A model generated the notes under the pieces. That model worked only from the letters and a program-made list of their open reading frames with translations, ran no database searches and was not told the DNA's origin. The translations under genes were made by a program, and so were the position numbers. A stretch of DNA of 64,000 nt from Bacteroidales bacterium (lineage in GTDB: Bacteria > Bacteroidota > Bacteroidia > Bacteroidales > GCA-2711565): assembly GCA_963674935.2 (NCBI GenBank), contig CAXXWZ010000007.1, forward strand, positions 1,117,500-1,181,499, written 5' to 3'. Below are positions 34,090-42,034 of the stretch, in pieces; position 1 is the stretch's first letter; the number at the start of each line of letters is the position of its first letter.

Positions 34090-37000
34090 ATGAGTTTCAT
34101 AATAAAAAGAAAAGTCTTAATAGCCATGCTGTTTACCAGCTTGAGCTTACTGGGATATTATTCATATAAGCGATTACCGGTTGAATTGATTCCGAATGCG
34201 CAACTTCCATTTCTATTTGTGCAGGTTGGTAGCTCAATCGAAGTTGATCCACGCTACATGGAAAGTCAGGCCATCATTCCTCTTGAAGGTGCAATTGGCA
34301 CCCTCGAAGGTGTTGATAAAATCGAGTCAAATGCCGGGCAGCGACAAGGGAGTATCAGAATTTCTTATCAACCAGATGCAAATATCAAATTTGCTTACTT
34401 AAAATTAGCCGAAAAAGTTGATGAAGTTAAGCGAACTTTACCACAAGGCTTTTTTGTTCAGGTATTTAAGTTTGATTTGGAGCAGATTAACAACATGTTC
34501 ATGACCATACAGGCACGTGGAAGTGGTGGCGTTGATCGCGTTAGACAAATGGTAGATAAGGAAATTCTTAATCCATTAAAAAATATCGATGGTATTGCAA
34601 ATGCACAGGTTTTTGGTGGACGAGAAAAATCGATAGAAATACGATTGGATGAAGAGGTTTTAAAAAGTCATGGCCTCTCCCCTGCTGATGTAAGAACTGC
34701 GATTAACCAAAATCAAATGTCGCGTACTTTTGCGGGTAAAGTAAACGAGCATAATCAAATCTATTTCGTTAATGTTGTTTCTGAATTTAAGGATATCAAT
34801 GATCTTTATGAATTAGTTGTTCTTCAAAAAGGCCCTGTTAAACTTAAAGATATAGCTGACATACATTATGGAGTAAAGGAGGAAGTTTCTTACAGTCGTG
34901 TGAATGGGAAAGAATCGGTAACCATTGAATTAACAAGGGATGCACAAGCAAACATCATCAATCTGTCAAATGAGGTCATCAAACGCATTGACCAATTTAA
35001 CAATGAACTGGCAGAGAAAGATCTCGAACTGGTGGTCGAATTTAATTCGGCTGAAACCATGGAGAAAAATATTGACCTGATTATCAATTTAGCACTTGTT
35101 GGTGGAGTTTTAGCCATTTTCATTTTATGGATTTTTCTTAAAAATTTCCGTTTGGTAGTTGCCGTGGCTTTGGCCATTCCAATTTCAGTTTATACAGCAT
35201 TTAATTTTTTCTATGCCTTCGATATTTCAATAAACACGCTAACCCTGTTGGGTATGGCACTAGCCATTGGAATGTTATTGGATAACAGTGTAGTTGTTTT
35301 AGAAAATATCTATCGCTTGGCAGGAAAAAAAGTGAATCCTGATCAAGCAGTAATTCAGGGAACCAAAGAAGTGTGGCGCTCAATATTTGCGGCTACACTC
35401 ACAACTATAACAGTCTTCCTTCCTTTTGTGTTTTCAACTAATTTCTTTATAAGTTTGTTGGGAAAACATATTGGGGTTTCAATTATTTCAACGCTTCTAG
35501 TTTCATTGGTTGTTGCCTTACTTTTAATTCCGATGATTACGCATGCTTTTCTTAAAAAGCGAAATCCACTCAAGCCCATACGTTTTGAAAGCATTTCCTA
35601 TCACAATCGCCTCATTCAGATTTACAGAGTTTTGCTTAAAACTTGTATGCGAAATCCTGGAAAAACCATTATGGGTGCCTTGGGTATTTTCTTCCTCACT
35701 TTAATCATTAGCCTTGGTGTAAGTGCCATTTCATCGCAAGAAGCAGAATTGACTGAGATGAAGCTATACGTTACCCTTCCGAGCGGAACAACATTAGCAA
35801 ATACAGACCTTATCGTTAGAGAAGTTGAAAATAAACTTGTTGATTTGGAAGAAAAGAAGGATATCATCAGTCAGGTTTATGAAGAAGAGGCAATTATTAC
35901 TATTTCTTTGGTTGAAGATTTTAAAAAAATTAGAAATTATTCTGTTCCCGGAATTAAAAATGAAATCATTGATAAATTGGAAGAATTGCGTCAGGCTGAA
36001 TTTAGCTGGGATCCACCGGCTACAGGGCAACGATTTGGCAGTGGTGGTTTTGAAAATGATGATGGCTTTTCAAGAATGCTTGGAATAGGTACACAACAAG
36101 AAAAAGTCGTAATCAAAGGTCAGGATTTTGATCGAATGCTTGATTTAGCCAAAGATGTTGAGTACTATTTGAAACAGCTGAACTCAATGGAGCGGGTAAG
36201 AATTAATACGCCGGCTAAGCGTCCTGAACTGATGCTAAGTTTTGATAAACAACTCATGTCGCTTTTCGATATTCCAATTACTTCCGTTTTATCAGAACTA
36301 AATTCATTTCCAAAAGAATTTTCAAGCGGGATTATTTTTAAACAAGGTACAGATGAATACGATATTCAAATTATTACTGAACTAACTGAAAAACAAAAGT
36401 CGCGGAATGTTTATGACTTAAAACATCTAAATGTTAAGAACAGTCAAAATGCGCGTTTTGAGATTCAAAATATTAGTGAATTTAATTTTACTGAAGGGCT
36501 TTCTACCATTAACAGAACGAATCAGGAAAAACAACTTACGCTTAGATATGAATTTATTTCTGAGGTATCGGACGATAATGATTTATTAAACGCTTCCAGA
36601 ATTGAAGTAGATGAACTAATTGCAAGTATCAATCTTCCATCCGATATTGCGGTTGAAGTAATCCATGAAGAGAATGATTTAGGTGAATTTGGATTTTTAT
36701 TAACGATGGCCTTCATCTTAATTTTCATGATTCTGGCATCTGTTTTTGAATCTTTCAGTGTACCATTCGTCATGATGTTTTCTATCCCGATGGCTGGTAT
36801 AGGCTCTTTAATCGCTTTAGTACTAACAGGTACTTCTATCATGAACGCCAACGTGTTTATTGGTTTCCTAATCCTTTTAGGAATAGTGGTGAACAATGGA
36901 ATCATTATGATCGATTATACGCGCGTACTTCAAAAAAGAGGTTATTCTGAATCGCGTGCCATGATGATGGCCGGACTCGCCAGAGTTCGTCCAATCTTAA

Positions 37001-38805
37001 TTACAGCAATCACAACCATCATAGCATTAATACCTTTGGCACTTGGAAAAGCTGAATTTGTTACGCAGATTGGTGTACCATTCGCCATTACAGTAATAGG
37101 TGGTTTGGCAGTTAGCACCTTGCTCACATTGGTTTTTATTCCTACCGTCAATTCAGGTTTACAAACATCTTTAAAATGGATCAGATCACAATCGATTTTG
37201 ATTAAAGCAATTTTGATTATAATCTGGTCAGGTGGCTCAATTTATATTTTCCTAGAAGTTGATAGTAGAATTTGGCAAATTATTGAATTTATTTTACTGA
37301 TTATTCTTGTTCCTGCTACAATTTATTTTATCAAACATTCTTTACGGCAAGCTAATGAAAAGCTTATTGATTCTAAAACGCCACTTCGAATTGAAATCAG
37401 AAATTTGGTAAAGATTTATGATTGGGACAGTCGTTTTGTGAGAGAGTGGAAATCTGGTTTAAAAACCCGTAAACGACTTGGTTTAGATAAAGAAATTTCT
37501 TCAATAAAAGATTTGGATGGACTTATGTGGCAACTTCCACTCATCGGTTTTGCGATCTATTTTATCTATTTCCATCTTGAAAGTGGATTCTGGTTTTTCA
37601 TACTTCCGGTTGCGCTTTATATTATGCTAACTGGAATGTTAAAACCATTAAGATTATACACGACTCATCTTAAAGAGGCCGAGAAAAAGAAGTGGATGAG
37701 GAGACTACTTTTTACATGCTTAGGGCTCGTGCGTTGGTTATTTCCATTAATTGCACTTGTCATTATTTTCAATAAATATGAATTACTTGGATTAATAATC
37801 CCATTTGGCTTCTTCTGGTATCTAGCCATTCTAATAAAGGTGACCTCTGATAAAATTTACAAAGAGAAAATCAATATCAATAGAATAACAGGAAGATTTA
37901 AAGGAATTAGAAAAGCGTTTAGTCGCTTTGTCCTCATCATTCCTATCATTGGAAAGAAAAAAACGCCATTCAAAGCAGTTAAAGGGGTTTCATTCAATAT
38001 TGAACACGGGATGTTTGGTTTGCTTGGCCCAAATGGTGCGGGTAAATCAACGCTGATGAGAATCATTTGTGGGATTTTGGATCAAAGTTATGGCCAAATT
38101 ACAATTAACGGAATTGATGTTAGAGAGAAACGTGAAGAACTCCAGAGTTTAATTGGATACCTCCCACAGGAATTTGGGATGTACGAAAACATGACCGCAT
38201 GGGAGTTCCTTCATTATATGGGTTTATTAAAGAAACTGCATAATACTGAAGAACGAAATAAAAGAGTTGAGTATGTTTTGAATGCAGTTCACATGTGGGA
38301 TAGCCGTGATACAAAAATTGGTTCCTTCTCTGGAGGAATGAAGCAAAGAATCGGTATCGCACAAATTTTACTTCATTTACCTCGTATACTGGTGGTTGAT
38401 GAACCTACAGCAGGACTTGATCCTAGAGAAAGGATTCGTTTCAGAAATCTCTTGGTAGAATTAAGTAAAGAAAGAATTGTTATTTTTTCTACACACATTA
38501 TTGAGGATGTTGCCAGCTCATGTAATCACGTGGCAGTTATGAAATCCGGTTATCTGCAATATTTAGGAAAACCAATAGAGATGGCTAAAATTGCCGAAGG
38601 TAAAATTTGGAATTTACAATTACACCATCAAGAGTTTGATAAAATTAAGGATAGCCTGAAAATTATTCATCACATGCGGGATGGTGAAACAATTAGAATG
38701 AGGTGTTTATCGAATAAACAACCTCATGCTGCAGCAAATCTGGTTAAAGCTAACCTGGAGGATGCATACTTATGCCTTTTACATCAGGAAGACAAGATTG
38801 AGTAA
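34090..38805 (+). CDS. RND transporter permease fused via six extra predicted TM helices to a C-terminal ABC ATPase domain (1571 aa)
   Basis: Residues 1 to ~1025 are a full RND permease (GMALAIGMLLDNSVVVLENIYR; GFLILLGIVVNNGIIMIDYT; RPILITAITTIIALIPLALG). Two hydrophobic helices follow, then an NBD-beta1-like strand PLRIEIRNLVKIYD (37381-37422), then four more hydrophobic helices. The ORF ends in a complete NBD with Walker A GPNGAGKS (38026-38049), GYLPQEF, FSGGMKQR, ILVVDEPTAGLD and STHI, ending NLEDAY. It is one continuous frame with no internal stop and no in-frame ATG at the junction. Confidence 0.8.
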   Translation: MSFIIKRKVLIAMLFTSLSLLGYYSYKRLPVELIPNAQLPFLFVQVGSSIEVDPRYMESQAIIPLEGAIGTLEGVDKIESNAGQRQGSIRISYQPDANIKFAYLKLAEKVDEVKRTLPQGFFVQVFKFDLEQINNMFMTIQARGSGGVDRVRQMVDKEILNPLKNIDGIANAQVFGGREKSIEIRLDEEVLKSHGLSPADVRTAINQNQMSRTFAGKVNEHNQIYFVNVVSEFKDINDLYELVVLQKGPVKLKDIADIHYGVKEEVSYSRVNGKESVTIELTRDAQANIINLSNEVIKRIDQFNNELAEKDLELVVEFNSAETMEKNIDLIINLALVGGVLAIFILWIFLKNFRLVVAVALAIPISVYTAFNFFYAFDISINTLTLLGMALAIGMLLDNSVVVLENIYRLAGKKVNPDQAVIQGTKEVWRSIFAATLTTITVFLPFVFSTNFFISLLGKHIGVSIISTLLVSLVVALLLIPMITHAFLKKRNPLKPIRFESISYHNRLIQIYRVLLKTCMRNPGKTIMGALGIFFLTLIISLGVSAISSQEAELTEMKLYVTLPSGTTLANTDLIVREVENKLVDLEEKKDIISQVYEEEAIITISLVEDFKKIRNYSVPGIKNEIIDKLEELRQAEFSWDPPATGQRFGSGGFENDDGFSRMLGIGTQQEKVVIKGQDFDRMLDLAKDVEYYLKQLNSMERVRINTPAKRPELMLSFDKQLMSLFDIPITSVLSELNSFPKEFSSGIIFKQGTDEYDIQIITELTEKQKSRNVYDLKHLNVKNSQNARFEIQNISEFNFTEGLSTINRTNQEKQLTLRYEFISEVSDDNDLLNASRIEVDELIASINLPSDIAVEVIHEENDLGEFGFLLTMAFILIFMILASVFESFSVPFVMMFSIPMAGIGSLIALVLTGTSIMNANVFIGFLILLGIVVNNGIIMIDYTRVLQKRGYSESRAMMMAGLARVRPILITAITTIIALIPLALGKAEFVTQIGVPFAITVIGGLAVSTLLTLVFIPTVNSGLQTSLKWIRSQSILIKAILIIIWSGGSIYIFLEVDSRIWQIIEFILLIILVPATIYFIKHSLRQANEKLIDSKTPLRIEIRNLVKIYDWDSRFVREWKSGLKTRKRLGLDKEISSIKDLDGLMWQLPLIGFAIYFIYFHLESGFWFFILPVALYIMLTGMLKPLRLYTTHLKEAEKKKWMRRLLFTCLGLVRWLFPLIALVIIFNKYELLGLIIPFGFFWYLAILIKVTSDKIYKEKININRITGRFKGIRKAFSRFVLIIPIIGKKKTPFKAVKGVSFNIEHGMFGLLGPNGAGKSTLMRIICGILDQSYGQITINGIDVREKREELQSLIGYLPQEFGMYENMTAWEFLHYMGLLKKLHNTEERNKRVEYVLNAVHMWDSRDTKIGSFSGGMKQRIGIAQILLHLPRILVVDEPTAGLDPRERIRFRNLLVELSKERIVIFSTHIIEDVASSCNHVAVMKSGYLQYLGKPIEMAKIAEGKIWNLQLHHQEFDKIKDSLKIIHHMRDGETIRMRCLSNKQPHAAANLVKANLEDAYLCLLHQEDKIE

Positions 38806-38826
38806 ACAAAAAATTAATTGGAATAA

Positions 38827-39534
38827 ATGAAAACATACGATAGATTTCAGATTGTTTGGAAAAGTATTACTTATAACTTAAAGATTATTTTTGCTAATAA
38901 ATTTATTTTCTTTTTGTTCGCGGCAGTAGCTTTTTACCTGATGGTGATAGGAATTATGCTTTTTGAGGATGGTGCAGTTGATGGCTCCGATATATTTAAC
39001 ACACTACTATTTCCAGGCGTTTTAATACTTTTTTATCCTGTCATTTTTAATATTCAGAACGATAAAGATGCCCGTATGCTTGAAATCATATTTGGAATTC
39101 CTAATTATCGTTATAAAGTTTATTTATTACGATTTGGATTAACAATGATGATGATGTTTGTATTTTTAATGTTGATGGGTTGGTTCGCTGTTTTTGCTGT
39201 GGCCAGAATCCCAATACTTCCCATCGTTTATCAGCTTATGTATCCTTTATTATTTTTATCAGGTTTGTCATTTATGTTTGCCACACTAATAAAAAATGCT
39301 AATTCCACAGCTGCTATTATGGTGATTATTGGACTAACTTTTTTTATTCTTGCTGAACCCTTGCAATATAGCAAATGGAATATTTTTCTCGATCCTTTTG
39401 GAGCACCTTCTGATATGAGCCAAACCATATGGGCAAATGTTATTCGAGAAAACAGAATTATTTTATTGGTAGGCACAATTATTTCAATTTTATGGAGTCT
39501 AATAAATTTACAAAGAAGAGAGCGCTTTGTTTAA
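38827..39534 (+). CDS. Small ABC-2-type membrane permease (about 6 TM)
   Basis: 235 aa with six hydrophobic segments and a long first external loop. It lies 21 nt downstream of the NBD-containing fusion gene. Confidence 0.6.
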   Translation: MKTYDRFQIVWKSITYNLKIIFANKFIFFLFAAVAFYLMVIGIMLFEDGAVDGSDIFNTLLFPGVLILFYPVIFNIQNDKDARMLEIIFGIPNYRYKVYLLRFGLTMMMMFVFLMLMGWFAVFAVARIPILPIVYQLMYPLLFLSGLSFMFATLIKNANSTAAIMVIIGLTFFILAEPLQYSKWNIFLDPFGAPSDMSQTIWANVIRENRIILLVGTIISILWSLINLQRRERFV

Positions 39535-39594
39535 TTAGTTATTCTTTTGAATAATTTTTGGATGAATTCAGTGCTGTATAGGCCAGAAAGTGTT

Positions 39595-39686
39595 CCGTCA
39601 TTCTGAACCTGCCTACCGCAGGCAAGCTGGTTTCAGAATCTTTACCTATTTGATAATGAGATGCTGAAAGCAATTCAGTAAGACGG
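39595..39686. repeat. MITE/REP-like palindromic intergenic element
   Basis: The imperfect terminal inverted repeats are ccgtcattctgaa (39595-39607) and ttcagtaagacgg (39674-39686). The internal partner is ggtttcagaat (39629-39639), and a nested hairpin tgcct-accgc-aggca sits at 39610-39624. It resembles the cattctgaa...ttcagaatg / gatgctgaaa...ttcag repeat family common in Bacteroidota intergenic regions. Confidence 0.55.
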
Positions 39687-39776
39687 TTTTTGTTTCACAA
39701 AATGCTTTTTTGACAGCATTAGTAATTATCCTATTTTAACATTGCCAATCTTCAAATTTATTTTTAAGTTTACCGT

Positions 39777-40442
39777 ATGATGGCAAAGAAATTTATAAAG
39801 TCGGTTAAGGAGAATAGCAGTATTATCCTTATATTTTTCATTCTACTCTCAATTTTATTCAGAGTTACTGGTTTTTCATTTGTTTCTGAAATTGTTTTGT
39901 GGGCAATTTATACATTGTTTGCCATTTTCTTTATCACTTTTTTTATTCAGGCCAATTCACAAAAACTGGAGATTCCGGGTAAAATGATTATCATTCTCAT
40001 ACCATTTTTGCCTCTCTTTAAATTCATGGATGCTTTTTTAATTAAATCCATCATGAGTTTATGCATCGTAATTATTTACCTCATTTCAAGTGACAGGATC
40101 TTGTGGCTCAATAAAAAGAACTGGCAATATTCATTTCTTATCATCTTTTTATATATTATTTCAATTGTATTTTCTTTCGTTTCACTTAAATATAGTGGGA
40201 ATACCAAATTAAAAGTAATTGATGAACTTGCATCCCCAAACGAAAAAAACAAATTGGTTACCAAGCGTGAAGTTTCAGGATCAGCTGTTGGTGATACTTA
40301 CGTATACCTCGAGAAATATTACTTAAACATAATTAAAAAGAGTGAAGTAAAACACAGTTCTGCCTGGACAGGAATCCCTGTGTTACTTTGGGTGAATGAT
40401 AATCAATACAAGATTGATCATAAGGAGTTTAGTATAAAATAA
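39777..40442 (+). CDS. Hypothetical membrane protein
   Basis: 221 aa with about five hydrophobic helices and then a ~80-aa hydrophilic tail. No recognisable motif. Confidence 0.4.
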   Translation: MMAKKFIKSVKENSSIILIFFILLSILFRVTGFSFVSEIVLWAIYTLFAIFFITFFIQANSQKLEIPGKMIIILIPFLPLFKFMDAFLIKSIMSLCIVIIYLISSDRILWLNKKNWQYSFLIIFLYIISIVFSFVSLKYSGNTKLKVIDELASPNEKNKLVTKREVSGSAVGDTYVYLEKYYLNIIKKSEVKHSSAWTGIPVLLWVNDNQYKIDHKEFSIK

Positions 40443-40453
40443 CGATTAAAAGT

Positions 40454-40810
40454 ATGAAAAACGCAAATATCCCATTCCAAAATATCCATTGGGATAAAGT
40501 TGAAAAAACCGAACATAAAGGAGAAACAGGAATTGCTTATTGGCGAACAATTCAGTTTGAAGGCTTGCGAGTGAGAATGGTTGAATACTCACCCAATTAC
40601 ATTGCCGATCATTGGTGTCAAAAAGGCCATATCATTTATTGTCTTGAAGGAAGACTAACCACTGAATTTGAAGATGGCAGAAGTACTCCACTCAAAAAAG
40701 GTGAATCTTATATCGTTTCTGATGAACTTAGTTCGCATCGTTCAGTTACAGCAGATGAAGGCGCCACCCTATTTATTATTGATGGTGATTTCTTGAAACA
40801 TCAGGTTTAA
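40454..40810 (+). CDS. Small cupin-fold protein (DHCW-motif cupin-like)
   Basis: 118 aa. It has a cupin beta-barrel pattern with ADHWCQKGHIIYCLEG and later SYIVSDELSSHRS. Confidence 0.55.
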   Translation: MKNANIPFQNIHWDKVEKTEHKGETGIAYWRTIQFEGLRVRMVEYSPNYIADHWCQKGHIIYCLEGRLTTEFEDGRSTPLKKGESYIVSDELSSHRSVTADEGATLFIIDGDFLKHQV

Positions 40811-40840
40811 AATTAATTTCTTAAAATAAATAATACCTTA

Positions 40841-41956
40841 ATGCCTGATTTTAAAATTAAACAAATTGAAATTTACAAATCACCTATTAAATTAAAAGAT
40901 CCATTTATAATCTCCTTAGGAAAGTACACCCATGCAAACAATGTCGTAATTGTAATCCGAACGGATCAGGGAATTTATGGTTTTGGTGAGTGTAGCCCCT
41001 TCTTCACAATCAATGGTGAAAACATGGATACGGCATTTGTTGCTGCTCAATATTTAGCCAAAGGACTCATGGGTGCAGATCCACTTGATATTGAAAATTG
41101 TCACCGCAAGATGGATGAGATCATGTATGGCAACTCCAGCATTAAGAGTGCTTTTGATATTGCGTTATACGACATTGCTTCCCAGAGTGCCAAATTACCT
41201 CTTTACGAATTTTTAGGTGGAAATAATACGAAGAAACTTTATACGGATTATACGGTAAGCATTGGATTACCAACAAAAATGGCTGATAATGCGCTAAAAA
41301 TTAAGCAAGACAGTTATCAGGCGATTAAGGTAAAATTAGGACGAAGTTTTGATGAAGATGTTGAAAGCATTCGCTTAATTCGTGAAAAAGTGGGAATGGA
41401 AATTCCATTGCGCCTTGATGCAAATCAAGGCTGGGATGTAGACACTGCAATTAAAATTTTAAAAACGCTTGAACCATTTAATATCGAAAGTTGTGAAGAA
41501 CCCATTCCAAGATGGGATTTTATGGAACTTCGAAAAGTAAAAGATGAAAGCCCAATACCTATTATGGCCGACGAAACTTGTGGTGATCATCATGATGCCA
41601 AACGACTTATTAATTTGAAAGCTTGTGATACCATCAATATTAAACTTGGCAAATCATCAGGTATTTTTAAGGCGTTAAAAATAATAGAATTGGCAGAAAA
41701 AAATCAAATTAAGCTTCAGGTTGGCGGGTTTTTGGAATCAAGGCTGGCGTTTACTGCTTCAGCACATCTGGCTTTAGCAAGTGAAAATATTATTTATTTT
41801 GATTTTGATACCCCATTGATGTTTACTGAAGACCCTGTGCGTGGAGGCATTAAATATGACAAAAAAGGTAATATTACTATCCCTGATCAAATTGGTTTGG
41901 GTGCTTGGATGGAAGATGATTATTTACAAACGCTGGAAAAAGTTATCATTACTTAG
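40841..41956 (+). CDS. Dipeptide epimerase (enolase superfamily, L-Ala-D/L-Glu epimerase-like)
   Basis: 371 aa with the enolase-superfamily landmarks AIKVKLG, LRLDANQGW, CEEP and IMADE, plus a KLGK catalytic-lysine context. Confidence 0.8.
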   Translation: MPDFKIKQIEIYKSPIKLKDPFIISLGKYTHANNVVIVIRTDQGIYGFGECSPFFTINGENMDTAFVAAQYLAKGLMGADPLDIENCHRKMDEIMYGNSSIKSAFDIALYDIASQSAKLPLYEFLGGNNTKKLYTDYTVSIGLPTKMADNALKIKQDSYQAIKVKLGRSFDEDVESIRLIREKVGMEIPLRLDANQGWDVDTAIKILKTLEPFNIESCEEPIPRWDFMELRKVKDESPIPIMADETCGDHHDAKRLINLKACDTINIKLGKSSGIFKALKIIELAEKNQIKLQVGGFLESRLAFTASAHLALASENIIYFDFDTPLMFTEDPVRGGIKYDKKGNITIPDQIGLGAWMEDDYLQTLEKVIIT

Positions 41957-41983
41957 TTCTCCCTAAAAATTGACACATAAAAC

Positions 41984-42010
41984 AAAAGGCAACCCGTCGG
42001 GTTGCCTTTT
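41984..42010. terminator. Bidirectional intrinsic terminator between convergent genes
   Basis: The sequence reads aaaa-ggcaaccc-gtc-gggttgcc-tttt. It has a perfect 8-bp GC-rich stem (41988-41995 / 41999-42006) flanked by an A-run and a T-run. Confidence 0.85.
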
Positions 42011-42034
42011 GTTTATATTCATATTAATCATTTA

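Noticed and set aside
37100-38050. The RND-ABC fusion as a simple assembly artefact (lost stop codon or indel joining two genes)
   Set aside because: This is not dismissed outright, but it is judged less likely. The RND part, the ~800-nt linker and the NBD share one frame, so a single indel cannot create this. No alternative-frame ORF of 60 aa or more exists on this strand here. No in-frame ATG is available for a separate downstream gene until well inside the linker. The added helix count (2 + 4) keeps a sensible topology. It still requires read-level confirmation.
31103-38362. Antisense and alternative-frame ORFs inside the two RND genes (for example 31965-32330, 32757-33260, 34890-35177, 36522-36905, 37857-38066, 38120-38362)
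   Set aside because: All are embedded in long ORFs with unmistakable RND/ABC motifs. Hydrophobic genes routinely give long antisense ORFs, and none has an independent signal.
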